Positions 63,520 through 64,000 of a stretch of DNA of 64,000 nucleotides are shown piece after piece. A program made the position numbers and the translations under genes. The DNA comes from Lama guanicoe (taxonomy: Eukaryota), in the NCBI GenBank assembly GCA_013239625.1, contig MU057069.1, forward strand, positions 1,546,018 to 1,610,017, given 5' to 3'. The notes beneath the pieces are model-generated. The model was given only the letters and a program-made list of their open reading frames with translations, was not told where the DNA came from and made no database searches. Within the stretch, counting starts at the first letter, position 1. Every line of letters starts with the position of its first letter.

Positions 63520-63749
63520 GTGAGAAGGGCCGACCACCTAGGCGGGGAGGGCCCCAGGCCACTTGAAGGCTGCAGACACTTGAAGGCTGTGTAAGACAGA
63601 CGGGGACGGAGGGATGGGACGGCTCACCGGAGACCACTGACCTTAGTGGACACGCGACTGTGCGCTCGGGTCTCAGTCTGTGCTCTGCTGGGGGGCGGGA
63701 GGGGTCAGGCTGACGGGGGCGGGGCCGGGCCAAGCCCCACCCCGACACA

Positions 63750-64000
63750 GCCTCAGGTGCACCCCAGTTCCTCTCTGGGTCTCAGCTTCCCCCTTGGCCC
63801 AGCAGCAGGAGACAGCAGCACTTTCTGGAGCCAGGAAGTCAGGTTGTGCTGTGGGGGTAGGTGAGGAGGGCCAGTGCCCCTTCAGGACACTGCCACCTGT
63901 CCTCTCCTGCCACAGGGAGTTCTCAGATGCCCTCGGGTATCTGCAGCTGTTGAACAGCTGCTCCGATGCAGCTGAGGCCCCTTCCTGCAGCTTCTCCGTC
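63750..64000 (+). repeat. SREBF1: Exact direct copy of 61899-62149 (3' part of intron 13 plus exon 14 copy from 63916), running off the window
   Basis: 251 nt with no mismatch by eye; offset 1851. Confidence 0.95.

Noticed and set aside
63560-63589. 13-bp direct repeat CACTTGAAGGCTG, and similar short duplications near 18946/18989 and 31147-31175
   Set aside because: Two-copy local slippage repeats; no array or spacer structure, and the main one is not at the duplication junction.
63750-63860. cctcag|GTGCA at the duplication junction as a possible exon 19 acceptor
   Set aside because: The downstream sequence is a copy of intron 13, hits a stop codon, and has no similarity to the SREBP C-terminus.

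Overview
Mammalian genomic DNA, GC/CpG-rich. A tRNA-derived SINE resembling the camelid family suggests a camelid, but this is tentative. Two tandem + strand genes are present. TOM1L2 has coding exons 2-15 (5398-39032; exon 1 is upstream of the window) and a ~3.3 kb 3'UTR with AATAAA at 42288. SREBF1 has alternative first exons 1a (46773) and 1c (55304), exons 2-18, and intronic miR-33b (62950-63043). All exon boundaries were read from GT/AG sites and are phase-consistent. Main anomalies: (1) after SREBF1 exon 18 the sequence jumps back 1851 bp and repeats intron 13/exon 14 exactly. This is either a tandem duplication that would also duplicate miR-33b, or a misassembly. (2) An 8mer miR-33 site lies inside the SREBF1 bHLH coding sequence. 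(3) Extra DR4/LXRE-like, HNF4 and CRE motifs lie between exons 1a and 1c, and an SRE/NF-Y/Sp1/E-box module lies 2.3 kb upstream of exon 1a. (4) An in-frame SREBP-1ac-type exon extension is present. (5) A phase-0 cassette exon in TOM1L2 intron 12 carries a second myosin-VI-motif-like peptide. Comparisons to human proteins and miRNAs are from memory, not from a search. Most listed six-frame ORFs are GC-rich noise.
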